From Heterodontus francisci (taxonomy: Eukaryota): 64,000 nucleotides of DNA. Under the pieces are notes generated by a model, which had not been told where the DNA came from, did no database searches, and saw only the letters and a list, made by a program, of their open reading frames with translations. Made by a program: the position numbers and the translations under genes. This document shows positions 35,186 to 47,150 of the stretch, one piece after another; positions within the stretch are counted from its first letter, which is position 1; each line of letters opens with the position of its first letter. Where the stretch lies: the NCBI RefSeq assembly GCF_036365525.1, contig NC_090378.1, positions 61,271,833 through 61,335,832 on the forward strand, written 5' to 3'.

Positions 35186-35902
35186 GTATTAAAAATTACA
35201 TCTGGTGGTAATTTGATGTAGATAAGCAGCTGATGGGTCTCCAGTGCACTGCAGCACGTAGTACAATAATGCAAATGGTATCTTAATAGGGCATTCATCA
35301 CATTTAAAATCCTCATCCTTTACTTCATGGTTTTGGCCCACCCTATCTCTGCAACTTCATCCACCCTTTAGTCTTCCACTCTGGCCTGTCATGAATCTTT
35401 CTTTCCGTCCTTCCCCTGAAGCTTTCCTCCCGACTCTCAAATCATTGGTGTAGCCGTCAGTAACTTTTTGTCTGGAACTCCCTAAATCCTTTTGCTTCCT
35501 ACCTTAATTCATGCTTTTAAAACCTATTTAAGCCTCATCTGTTCAACTAATTTTTCATTAACACTTCTTCAATTCATCTCCTTGCATTGTCACGGTTTGT
35601 TGTCCATTCCTTCCAGTATCAGTTTCTGTTTATCTTTCCTCTCCTGCTGTATAATGCCCTGGGATTTTTTTAATACTAAATGTACTATTTGTTGATTAAT
35701 CTGTCATTGGTCAGAGAAATTTGGAAGAGTTGATATTAACAGAAGAACCATAACTTGAAACACATTGGCCAAATTTATTTTTCCTCGAATGAACCAAGTG
35801 GGAGCTTGAATTCAATCATGAAAGAGCCACTTGATCAATGGAAATACATTTTCTGGCAATCGAAGGGTCCCTACCTAATCCACTGTAACTTGATGCAAAC
35901 CT

Positions 35903-36633
35903 TGTAAGACTCTTAAATAGGGGGTCTCAGTTTCCCTCTAAGGTCCTGACCCCATATTGAGTATCAATGGCACAAAACAAACTTTGGTTACAATTTCCAC
36001 TTTATGTGGAACACTTTTATTAACTCACAAAGCAATAGTATATACTTAGAACAGCAGTTGCTTAGTAGACCTGCGTGCTGAAGCTCGTTCCCGGGTGGTC
36101 AGATCCGCTGAATGAATTCTTCCGCACGACTTCCTGCGACTGACCAAGTCACAAAGTCCTTGTGAGCTGTGGCTTTATACCCCTTTCTGATCCTGGTCCC
36201 TCAACATATAAGGTAATGACTTGGGTCATCTGATTGGGTTTCAGTGCCTTATCAATTCCACCATGGCGATGCAGGACCACCTGCATGTGGTCAAATCCTG
36301 CTCTCAACAGGGGTCTGAGGTGCATACCAGCAATGGATGTGATATCTGCATCTTGATAAGGCAAGGAGGAAATCATTCACATATATTCCAAGAGGTCATT
36401 GTCCATGAGAGTGGTGGTATGTGTGGTGTGGGGGGGTGTCCTTGTTCAGTTACACTGTCTTTAATTTTAAAGTCCAATATGAACCCCAGTGATGATGCCT
36501 TCAGTCAGAATTCTTCTGCCTTTGTCACAATGTCCTCCACACGCCTTGTTATTTCCACCAGGTGAGCCCCCACACGCTGATCCACACAACTGGTTACATG
36601 CAAGAAATGCAAGACCTATTCAAATCCCTTACA
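35903..36633 (-). mobile_element. Probable solo LTR
   Basis: TG...CA ends with imperfect inverted termini (TGTAAGACTCTTAAATAGG / CCTATTCAAATCCCTTACA) and 4-bp flanks ACCT/ATCT. TATA-like and AATAAA motifs lie on the minus strand. Confidence 0.6.
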
Positions 36634-37178
36634 ATCTCTAATTGTAGAAATTACTGCTATGCAGTACAGATCTGTGTGATGTAATTAACTGTTATGAGGC
36701 TGTCGGATCCTGTGCCAGTTTGTCTGTCAGTTTCCATTTAATGCATTTATTCAAAGCCACCTTTTAAAATGATTTTTAATATTGATTCATCTTACCTGTC
36801 CTATCTAATAATAGTCTCCACCACTGTTCCTTGGCCCTTTATTTAGATTTTGTCAATTTTTGAAAATGATCTTTGTGCACATTGTATAAATTCCAACTAA
36901 CTCACTGTATATCAAATGTCGTGGTATGCCTTGCTGTGAGGTGTTGGGAAAAGTAATTTTGACACACATGAACCAAATAATTCCCTTTAATGAAAAATTC
37001 TGAAAATAGATTATTAAATGACTATACAATGTAGTTTCCCCCTCCCCCACCCCGTATCTTCCTTTTTTTAAAGCTCTGTGCCAATTTTACCCTGTGAATT
37101 TTTCTATCCAGTAATTCAGATTAATAGCCAGATGCACTAGTGTTCTGTTTTATTAAATTAAGGTTTTGTTACTTACAG

Positions 37179-37639
37179 CTACATTGCAGAGTTTGAAACG
37201 ACTTTGCGTGCCTCAATCAAACAAAACTGAAGGAGAGACTTATGAGCATGACTCTGATGCGGAATCTGGTGAAGTAAGGGAAAGGAGCTGCCCAAACCCA
37301 CGAATACCAGATGGTGTCATCTATGACTGTTCAATAGTTAATCCAAATTTTCAGGACCAGCCCCTCACCTTTAATCCTGCTAGAGTTCCACCAAGATTTT
37401 CTATGCATCTAATTCCAAAAAATTCATCAGAAGACCCACACCTCATGACTAAAATTCTTATGTCTCATCTACCGAACTTAGAAGCTTCATCTTCCTGTCA
37501 AACTACAGCAGAATTGAACAAAAAGGAAAAAGAAATACATGCTTTGAAGATCAGGGAAGATTCCCAGGAGTCTGTTTTGCAGACTAAAAGCTCTGGTATC
37601 CTGGGATTATCTTGCTATTCTTCAGATGAAGATACATAG
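37179..37639 (+). CDS. ISY1-like protein, last coding exon (-ATLQSLKRLC...GILGLSCYSSDEDT*)
   Basis: Acceptor TTTTGTTACTTACAG; phase 1 matches exon 4; open to TAG at 37637-37639. Total CDS is 843 nt (280 aa). Confidence 0.78.
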
Positions 37640-37855
37640 ATGCCAAGTAGAAGCTGATTCATATTCATAGCTCTAAATGTTTATCATTTTGTCTTTTCAG
37701 CACTTATTTAATGTAAACTTTGAATATATATATAGCTATATAGCTTTGTGCTATTTGTATAGTATTGTTGAATTTCCGTTTCATCCTAAGTATGGTAATG
37801 AAATGTATCCCCTAATTCCAATTCCCATAGTTGGTATGAATTTAAATCATTCAGA

Positions 37856-37861
37856 AATAAA
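37856..37861 (+). other. Candidate polyadenylation signal of the ISY1-like gene
   Basis: AATAAA ~220 nt after the stop, followed by GT/T-rich sequence. Confidence 0.5.
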
Positions 37862-38074
37862 ATAATCTTTCAAATGCGTATTGCGTATCGTTTACTTTCA
37901 ACCATTAGTGTATAATGACTGGCAGGTCTACAGTTCTGTTGATTGAGCAGTCAGTCTGACCAGCATGCTGACCTATATTTTTGGAGCCTTTTATTTGGAA
38001 AACAAATAAATATATAGGTACAATACCAATTAAAATAAAATTCCATATGCAGACGTCAAACCCATGCATTAAAG

Positions 38075-38160
38075 GTGCGCGTTACCACTGAATTCCTGCA
38101 GGACGGAAGTGCCGGGCTGATGTGGGAAATGACGTTGATGCTGGTGCAATATGGCGGAGG
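38075..38160 (+). promoter_or_regulatory. MYSM1 core promoter / 5' UTR
   Basis: CpG-enriched, with an ETS/GABP-type CGGAAGTG (38104-38111), a TGACGT half-CRE, and a YY1-like AATATGGCGG overlapping the ATG. Confidence 0.55.
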
Positions 38161-38206
38161 AGGTGGATGTTGATATTGAAGGAGATGGAGCCGAACTGAG
38201 TTTGGG
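38151..38206 (+). CDS. MYSM1: Deubiquitinase MYSM1, coding exon 1 (MAEEVDVDIEGDGAELSLG)
   Basis: Matches the MYSM1 N-terminus as recalled (MAAEEADVDIEGD); donor GG|GTAAGA, phase 2. Confidence 0.92.
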
Positions 38207-38605
38207 GTAAGAGGTGGTCCTGGGGTTGTGGGTGGAGTTGAGGCGCTGCTTCCCGAGTCTCATGGACTAGAGGGAGAGGCCAGAAGCTTTGGCCTGTTTT
38301 TAACAGCTGGAAGCCGAGTTGGGGCAGCGGCAGGCTGCAGCTGCGATGGGATCCGCCTGGGTTTGTTTATTTCTCGCTGCTTGTGCAAAATGAAATGTTC
38401 TGTCATTCGGTCATTTCACTCTGGTTTCTGAAAAATTCATATACCAGTGTAAGCAGCAGCTTTTGCATTTGAGAATAAGGCGGCATACGTTGCAGCCTTA
38501 TTAAAATAAATTTAATGTTTTCAACAGTCAAACCTACAGGAAGAGGTTTGGATTTTCCCAAAGTGTTTCGCAGCCGATGAAGTCCTTCTGAATTGTAGGT
38601 TTTGT

Positions 38606-39308
38606 ATAGAATCATACATCGCAGAAGGAGGCCATTCGGCCCATCGAATCTGCACTGGTACTTTCAAAGAACAATCCAGTTAGTCCCACTTCCCCGCTTT
38701 TTCCTCATATCCCTGTAATTTTTCCAGTTTCCTTTTAAAGGCTATTGAACCTGTATCCACCACCCTATCGGGCAGTGCATTCCAAATCCTAAATACTTGT
38801 TGCATAAAGTTTTTCCTCATGTTGCCTCTGGTTCTTTTTTCAGTTATCTTGCATCTGTCTTCTTTGCTTATTGATCCTTCAGTCACTGGAAACAGTATCT
38901 CTGTATTTTATCTAAACCCTTCATGATTTTAAACATCTCTATCAAATCTCCTTTTAGCCATCTATGCTGTCAGGAGAACAAGCCCAGCTTCTCTATCTGG
39001 TGACTGTAATCCCTCATCCCTGCAGTCATTCTAGTAAATCTCTTCTGTACTCTCTTCATAGCCCTCTCATCCTTCCTAAAGTGTGGCACCCAGAATTGGG
39101 CAGAATAGTAGAAAATTTCCCATTAAAAGAACAGATATATAAATGAACAAATTTAACAAGATATGTAAGCAGATATAAGACTTTTAATACATTACAAATC
39201 AATTGCCTTGGATAGAACAGAGCTTTTAAGTAAATACCTTAATTAGAGCAAACCATACATATCTGCCTTTCACAGTTTTCCTCTGACAAATACTGTGGTA
39301 AAAGGAAA
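38606..39308 (-). repeat. Inverted copy of MYSM1 exon 5 + intron 5 start + CR1 3' end (source ~58263-58982)
   Basis: 39263-39292 is the reverse complement of exon 5 with 2 mismatches. Similarity continues through unique intron sequence and the CR1 tail. Confidence 0.9.
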
Positions 39309-39310
39309 TC

Positions 39311-39590
39311 CGGCAGCCAACTTGCCTACTTCGAGTTCCTACAAAAAACAATCATTTAATGATGAGATGCTCAGTTTTTGGTGGTGGCTGAGGAGTAAAT
39401 ATTGGCCAGGATAACAGGAGAACTGCTATTCTTTCAAGAACGCGATGGGATCATTTATGTCCATTTAAGAGAGCATACAGTGCCGCATTTCATCTGACTG
39501 TGGAGGACAGAATTGATGGTTCATGTGCTCAAGGCCCAGGTCATTCTTGAACCCTTTTGACTCAAGCAAAAGTGCTATCGCTCAGCCAAG
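39311..39590 (-). mobile_element. Deu-domain SINE fragment
   Basis: Reverse-complement similarity to 60700-61090. Confidence 0.6.
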
Positions 39591-39709
39591 GGTAAAGGTC
39601 AGAAAGCAAGCAAGGGAATGAAATATGGCAGTAAGTTCAAAGCATAATTAGTAGATAATACACCTCTATTGCACTTCAATATATTTCAGAATACATAGCT
39701 GACACAAGA

Positions 39710-40648
39710 AATGACCTTCCTTCAATCATAAGGTCAGAAGTGGAGATGTTCGCTGATGATTGCACAATGTTCAGCACCATTCGCAACTCCTCAAATACTG
39801 AAGCAGTCCGTGCAGAAATGCAGCAAGACCTGGACAATATCCAGGCTTGGGCTGATAAGTGGCAAGTAACATTTGTGCCACACAAGTGCCAGGCAATGAC
39901 CATCTCCAACAAGAGAGAATCTAACCATCTCCCCTTGACATTCAATGGCATTACTATCGGTGAATCCCCCACTATCAACATCCTAGGGGCTACCATTGAC
40001 CAGAAACTGAACTGGAGTAGCCATATAAATACCGTGGCTACAAGAGCAGGTCAGAGGCTAGGAATCCTGAGGCGAGTAACTCACCTTGTGACTCCCCAAA
40101 GCCTGTCTGCCATCTACAAGGCACAAGTCAGGAGTGTGATGGAATACTGTCCACTTGCCTGGATGGGTGCAGCTCCAACAACACTCAAGAAGCTCGACAC
40201 CATCCAGGACAAAGCAGCCCGCTTGATTGGCACACCATCCACAAACATTCACTCCCTCCACCACTGACGCACAGTGGCAGCAGTGTGTACCATCTACAAG
40301 ATGCACTGCAGCAACGCACCAAGGCTCCTTAAACAGCACCTTCCAAACCCGCGATCTCTACCACTTCGAAGGACAAGAGCAGCAGATGCATGGGAACATC
40401 ACCAACTACAAGTTCCCATCCAAGTCACACACCATCCTGACTTGGAACTATATCGCCATTCCTTCACTGTCGCTGGGTCAAAATCCTGGAACTCCCTTCC
40501 TAACAGCACTGTGGGTATACCTACCTCACATGGATTGTAGCGATTCAAGAAGGCAGCTCACCACCACCTTCTCAAGGGCAATTAGGGATGGGCAATAAAT
40601 GCTGGCATAGCCAGTGATGCCCACATCCCATGAATGAATAAAAAAAAA
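39710..40648 (+). mobile_element. 5'-truncated LINE (CR1/L2 superfamily) RT C-terminus and 3' UTR
   Basis: MFADDCTMF, QQDLDNIQAWADKWQVTF and YKAQVRSVMEY; tail CCCATGAATGAATAAAAAAAAA. Confidence 0.85.
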
Positions 40649-40844
40649 GTCAAGCTACTCCTGGTTGTCTGGGAACTGAATTTTGTTTTGTCACTTTGCC
40701 ATATTGCAAAGTCCACATGCAGATGACCTCAGATTTCCTGTCAAGAGGTACATAGCTTTGGACACATTTTTAGGTAAGAAACAAATGAAAAACTTTGTCT
40801 GCACACTTAGCCTTAATTTGGGACCCATTCATTTTTTATTGGTA

Positions 40845-41410
40845 GACAAAGGAGGTCCAGGGGATGTGAGGAAGAACTTTTTTCCACAGTGAGTGGTAAT
40901 GACCTGAAGCTTGTTGTCCATGAGGGTGATGGAAGTGGAGACAATTAATGGTTTCAAAAGGAAATTGGCTGGGCACTTGAGGGAAATAAACTTGCAAGGC
41001 TACAGGGATCGAGCAGAGGAATGGGACTGATTGGATTGTTCTACAGAGAGCTGGCATGGAGTTGATGGGCTGAATGGCCTCCCATGCCGTTATGATTCTG
41101 ACAAAAGCAGTTTCCATTAGCTGAAGGGTCAAAGAACTAGGAGACAGAGATTTATAGTTTAGGGCAAGAGATGCAGGGTGGATGTGTGCAAGAACTCTTT
41201 TACATAGTGAGTGGTAATGACCTGAAACACTCTGCCTATGAGGGTGGTGGAAGTGGAGACAACTAATGATTTCAAAAGGAAACTGTATGGGTATGTGAGG
41301 GAAATATGTGAGGGATAGAATGGGGGAATGGGACTGACTGGATTGCTGTACAGAGATGCAGCTTGGTCTCAATGGGCCGAATGGCCTCTGCCATAATGAA
41401 TCTATGACTG
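40845..41410 (+). mobile_element. Two tandem CR1 3'-end fragments
   Basis: GGATGTG..AAGAAC...GTGAGTGGTAATGACCTGAA...GAATGGCCT occurs twice. Confidence 0.75.
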
Positions 41411-41699
41411 GTTCACAACCCAAAAAAACCTGGGAATTTTTGTTCACTTTGATTTTTAAAAAATGATTTGAATAATCTTTATTCGTGCATCAACCTTGAG
41501 GTCATCCAAAACTCTGCTGCCTGAGTCCTAACCTGCATCACCAATATTCCTTCTAGGTTGCACAGCAACCCGAAAGTTACCACACAAGCTGTCTGCTTTA
41601 AGATACCACGTGTGTGGATGCATAAAAAAAATGTAAAGGTACTGCCCACTTAAATGAATTGGCCGCGTGCGACAAAAAAAATGAACAGGGACGTTGTTC

Positions 41700-42140
41700 G
41701 TCAGCCCTGTGCTTGCTGACCTACATTGGCTCCCATTTATGCAACACCTTGATTCTAAAATGTTCATCCTTGTTTTCAAATCCCTCCATGGCCTCGCCCA
41801 CCCCTATCTCTGTAATCGCCTCCAGCCCTAGAAACCTCTGAGATATCTAGGCTCTTCCAATTCTGGCCTTTTGAACACCTCCAATTTTAATCGCTTCACC
41901 ATTGGCAGCCATGCCTTCAGCTGCCAAGGCCCTAAGTTCTGGAATTCCCTCCCTAAACCTTTCCGCCTCTCTCCCCTCCTTTAAGATGCTCCTTAAAACC
42001 TACATCATTAATCAAGCTTTTGGTTAACTCCCCTAATATCTCCTTATGTGACTCAGTGTCCAGTTTTGTTTGATAACACTCCTGTGAAGTTCCTTGAGAC
42101 ATTTTACTATGTTAAAGGTGCTATATAAATACAAGTTGTT
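41700..42140 (+). mobile_element. L2-clade LINE 3' end
   Basis: GCTGACCTACATTGGCTCCC ... AAAGGTGCTATATAAATACAAGTTGTT. Confidence 0.78.
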
Positions 42141-44282
42141 ATTAGGCAGTATCGTATTAAAGGAATTCATCATGTGCTACAGTTGTCAACAGTGTATATT
42201 GGGAGGTAATACAATGGTGGAAGTAGTCTGACCCTGTTCTCACCCAAGAACTTTCTAGATGGGTAACTTGATCATGAGCAGGAACTGTGATTGATCTCAT
42301 GTCCTGAATGAACCTCCCAACCACACAACTTGGGGGAGCAATTTCAAGAAAAAGTGAAGTGGCATTTTTATTTGTAGACAATTTTATTTACAAATTATAT
42401 TGATACATGGTTAAATTTAGGTGGTATAATTCAATTTGAAGTTTTAGGTTAGTAGTTTTCAAACTTTATTGGAAATCGTGTACAACTCTGTAAATTTTTA
42501 ACACATTTCCATTGATTCCCTGCAAAAACTGCCATGCTACTAGGGATCCCATATCCTAACAGTCAATCAACAGTGCCAGTTTCCCAAAGGAAAACAGTGT
42601 TATTACTAATAAATTTAATGTTTTATTAAAACACAACAGTGGAAAAGACATGCCTGAAAGCCAACTGATATTAGTTTCTCCTTAGATCCTCTTGCAGGTC
42701 TGCTTGAAATCCGTTGATTTAGCTAACTGCTTACTTGTAAATAATAATATCTAACTACAGATTTGAAAGTTAGTATGTTAAATTTAAATTGCTGAAACAA
42801 TTTGGAAGATGTGCACCATGGCATACACGAGCTGTGGTAGTCAAGTGTACAATAACTGAGGGAAATCGTAACCCCTCCAAAATGGGTGGGTGTGGCCAAG
42901 ATGGGCGTAAAAAGTTTTAAAATCTCAAACTCGAAACTGGCCACTTCTGGTATTATAGCGGCGGGATGGTGGTGGTTAGGAGGGGGAGTGTGTAACCAAT
43001 CCACTCCCAAGAGGAGGGTTACTCATTTAAATATTTTAATGAGTCACATGCATCAGATTTTATCTCTATTCCAGCTTTAATGCTGGCTTGCCAAGTTTCT
43101 CAGGGCTTGGGAAACCTGGCAGATAAAGTGAGGTAAGGACTGCTGTGTGGAAGAGGTGAATGCTTTTCCAGCTTTGAGCCAGCCAGTAGGAGCATAAGAA
43201 CATAGGAAATAGGAGCAGGAATAGACCATATGTCCCTCGAGCCTGCTCTGCCATTCAATATGATTGTGGCTGATCTTCTACCTCAACTCCACTTTCCTGC
43301 CCACTCTCCATATCCCTTGATTCCCAGGGGAATCAAAAATCTGTCTAACTCAGTCTTAAATATAGTCAATGATGGAGCATCCACAACCTGCTGGGGTAGA
43401 GAATTCCAAAGATTCACAATCCTCTGCATGAGGAAATATTTCCTCATCTCAGTCCTAAATGATCGGCCCCCATGTTCTAGATTCCCCAGCCAGGGGAAAC
43501 AACCTTTCAATGTCTAACCTGTCAAGCCCCTTCAAAATTTTGTATGTTTCAATGAAATCACCCCTCATTCTTCTACATTCCAAAGAGTATAGGCCTAATT
43601 TACTCAGCCTCTCAAAATAGGACAACCCTCTCATCCCAGGAACCAAAATAATGAATCTTCGCTGTACTGGCTCCAGTGCAAAAATATCCTTCCATAAATA
43701 TGGAGACCAAAGCCCTGTACAATTGTAGCAAGACTTCCATATTCTTGTACTCCAATTCTCTTGCAATATAGGCCAACGTGCCATTTGCCTTCCTAAATGC
43801 TTGCTGTATCTGCATGCTGACTTTCTGTGTTCCTTGCACGAGTATACCCAAGTCCCTCTGAACATCAATGTTTAGAGGTTTCACGCCTTTTTAAAAAAAA
43901 ATTCTGCTTTTCTATTCTTACTACCAAAGTGAATAGTGTCACACTTCCCCACATTATCCTCCATCTGCCATCTTGTTGCCCACTCACTTAACCTGTCTAT
44001 ATCTCTTTGCAGGCTCTTTGTGTCTTCCTCACTGCTTACATTCCCACTAGCTTTGTATCATCATCAAACGTAGATACATTGCACTTGGTCTTTTTGTCTA
44101 AGTCATTAATATAGATTGCAAATAGCTGAGACCCCAGCACCAATCCTTGCAGCGCTCCACTGGTACTGCCTGCCAACTTGAAAACGCCCTACTCTCTGCT
44201 TCCCACTTGTTAACCAATTCTCTATCCATGCTAATATATTACCCCCAACTCTATGCACCCTTATTTTGTGTATTAACCTTTT

Positions 44283-45831
44283 TCCTCCACGCAAGATCAG
44301 GTGGCAGGTTGTTCAACCTTGCCCGTCTAAGAGCAAAGACCAAAGTACGGAAAGTCCTCATCAGGGAACTCCTCTTTGCTGACGATGCCATCATACATTC
44401 CTCTGATGTTTCCGGTGTCAGATACAGGAGAAATGCCTCGAACAACAGATGCCCCTCTACGTTGCTTTCATTGATCTCACCAAAGCCTTTGACCTCGTCA
44501 GCAGACATGGTCTCTTCAGACTACTAGAAAAGATCGGATGTCCACCAAAGCTACTAAGTATCATTACCTCATTCCATGACAATATGAAAGGCACAATTCA
44601 GCATAGCGGCACCTCATCAGAGCCCTTTCCTATCCTGAGTGGCGTGAAACAGGGCTGTGTTCTCGCACCTACACTGTTTGGGATTTTCTTCTCCCTGCTG
44701 CTCTCACATGCGTTCAAGTCTTCAGAAGAAGGAATTTTGCTCCACACAAGATCAGGTGGCAGGTTGTTCAACCTTGCCTGTCTAAGAGCGAAGACCAAAG
44801 TACGGAAAGTCCTCATCAGGGAACTCCTCTTTGCTGACGATGCTGCTTTAACATCTCACACTGAAGAGTGTCTGCAGAGTCTCATCGACAGGTTTGCGGC
44901 TGCCTGCAATGAATTTGGCCTAACCATCAGCCTCAAGAAAACGAACATCATGGGACAGGACGTCAGTAATGCTCCATCCATCAATATCGGCGACCACGCT
45001 CTGGAAGTGGTTCAGGAGTTCACCTACCTAGGCTCAACTATCACCAGTAACCTGTCTCTCGATGCAGAAATCAACAAGCGCATGGGAAAGGCTTCCACTG
45101 CTATGTCCAGACTGGCCAAGAGAGTGTGGGAAAATGGCGCACTGACACGGAACACAAAAGTCCAAGTGTATCAAGCCTGTGTCCTCAGTACCTTGCTCTA
45201 CGGCAGTGAGGCCTGGACAACGTATGTCAGCCAAGGGCGGCGTCTCAATTCATTCCATCTTCGCTACCTCCGGAGAATCCTTGGTATCAGGTGGCAGGAC
45301 CGTATCTCCAACACAGAAGTCCTCGAGGTGGCCAACATCCCCAGCATATACACACTACTGAGTCAGCGGCGCTTGAGCCAGCTTGGCCATGTGAGCCGCA
45401 TGGAAGATGGCAGGATCCCCAAGGACACATTGTACAGCGAGCTCGTCACTGGTATCAGACCCTTCGGCCATCCATGTCTCCGCTTTAAAGACGTCTGCAA
45501 ACGCAACCTGAAGTCCTGTGACATTGATCACAAGTCGTGGGAGTCAGTTGCCAGCGATCGCCAGAGCTGGCGGGCAGCCATAAAGGCGGGGCTAAAGTGT
45601 GGCGAGTCGAAGAGACTTAGCAGTTGGCAGGAAAAAAGACAGAAGTGCAAGGGGAGAGCCAACTGTGTAATAGCCCCGACAACCAATTTTATCTGTAGCA
45701 CCTGTGGAAGAGTCTGTCACTCTAGAATTGGCCTTTATAGCCACTCCAGGCGCTGCTTCACAATCCACTGACCACCTCCAGGCGCATACCCATTGTCTCT
45801 CGAGACAAGGAGGCCAAAGAAGAAAAAGAAG
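44283..45831 (+). mobile_element. RTE-clade LINE, 5'-truncated and 5'-rearranged, inserted in CR1
   Basis: Open 440-aa RT C-terminal ORF (44449-45771) ending CSTCGRVCHSRIGLYSHSRRC; TSD AACCTTTT at 44275-44282 and 45832-45839. Confidence 0.93.
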
Positions 45832-46814
45832 AACCTTTTATGTGACACCTTATTGAATGCCTTTTGGAAATCCAAGTATACTGCATCTCCTGGTTCTGCT
45901 TTATCTACCCTACTAGTTACATCCTCAAAAATCTGATAAATTCGTCAAACACAATTTACCTTTAGTAAAACCATGTTGACTTTGACTAATCATACTCTGA
46001 TTTTCTATGTGCATTGTTAAGACTTCCTTAATAAATTCCAGCTTTTTCCCCAGCGGCTGATGTCAGGTTCACCGGCCTGTAATTCCCTGTTTTCTCACTT
46101 CCTCCTTTCTTGAATAGCAGTGTTACATTTGCTAGCTTCCAATCTGCTGGGACTGTTCTAGAATCTAGAGAATTTTAGAAAATCATAGCCAGCGCATCCA
46201 CTATTTTTGCAGCTACCTCTTTTAGTACACTGGGATGTAGGCGATCAGGTCCTGGGAATTTGTCGGATTTTAGTCCCTTAAGCTTCTCCAATGATTTTTC
46301 TCAACTGATAATTACCTTAAGTTCCTCACTCTTACTAGTCCCTTGTTTACTTTCTACGTCTCGTATATAATTTGTGTCTTTTACTGTGAAGGCAGACACA
46401 AAATATTTGTTCAGCATCTCTGCCATTTGCTCGTTCCCCATGATAATTTCTCCCGTCTCGGCCTTTAAGGGACCAATGTTTACTTTAGCTACTTTCCTTT
46501 TTATATACTTGTAAAAGCTCTTGCAGTCTGTTTTTATATCCCTGGTTAGCTTACTGTCATTTTTTTCCCCCTTTTTAATCAACTTTTTGGTCGCCCTTTG
46601 CTGATTTCCAAAACACTTCAAATCCTCAGGCCTACTACTATTTGAAAAATTATAACCATGTTCTTTTAATGTAATACCATCCTTAACTTTTTTTGTATTC
46701 ATTGGATGTGGGCATCGCTGGCATTTATTGCCCATCCCTAATTGCCCTTGAGAAAGTGGTCGTGCCTTCTGGTGGGGGGGCGGTACTGCCTGAGTAAACC
46801 ATGGATGGATATTT

Positions 46815-47150
46815 TTTTTATTTATTTAGAGATACAGCACTGAAACAGGCCCTTCAGCCCACTGAGTCTGTGCCAACCAACAACCACCCATTTATACTAA
46901 TCCTACATCAATCCCATATTCCCTACCACATCCCCACTACTCTCCTACCATCTACCTACACTAGGGGCAATTTATAATGGCCAATTTATCTGTCAACCTG
47001 CAAGTCTTTGGCTGTGGGAGGAAACCGGAGCACCCGGCGGAAACCCACGCGGTCACAGGGAGAACTTGCAAACTCAGCACAGGCAGTACCCAGAATCGAA
47101 CCCGGGCCGCTGGAGCTGTGAGGCTGCGGTGCTAACCACTGCGCCGCCCT
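46815..47150 (-). mobile_element. tRNA-derived V-SINE (HE1-like)
   Basis: Same family as 22521-22850; B-box-like GGTTCGATTC on the minus strand. Confidence 0.87.
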
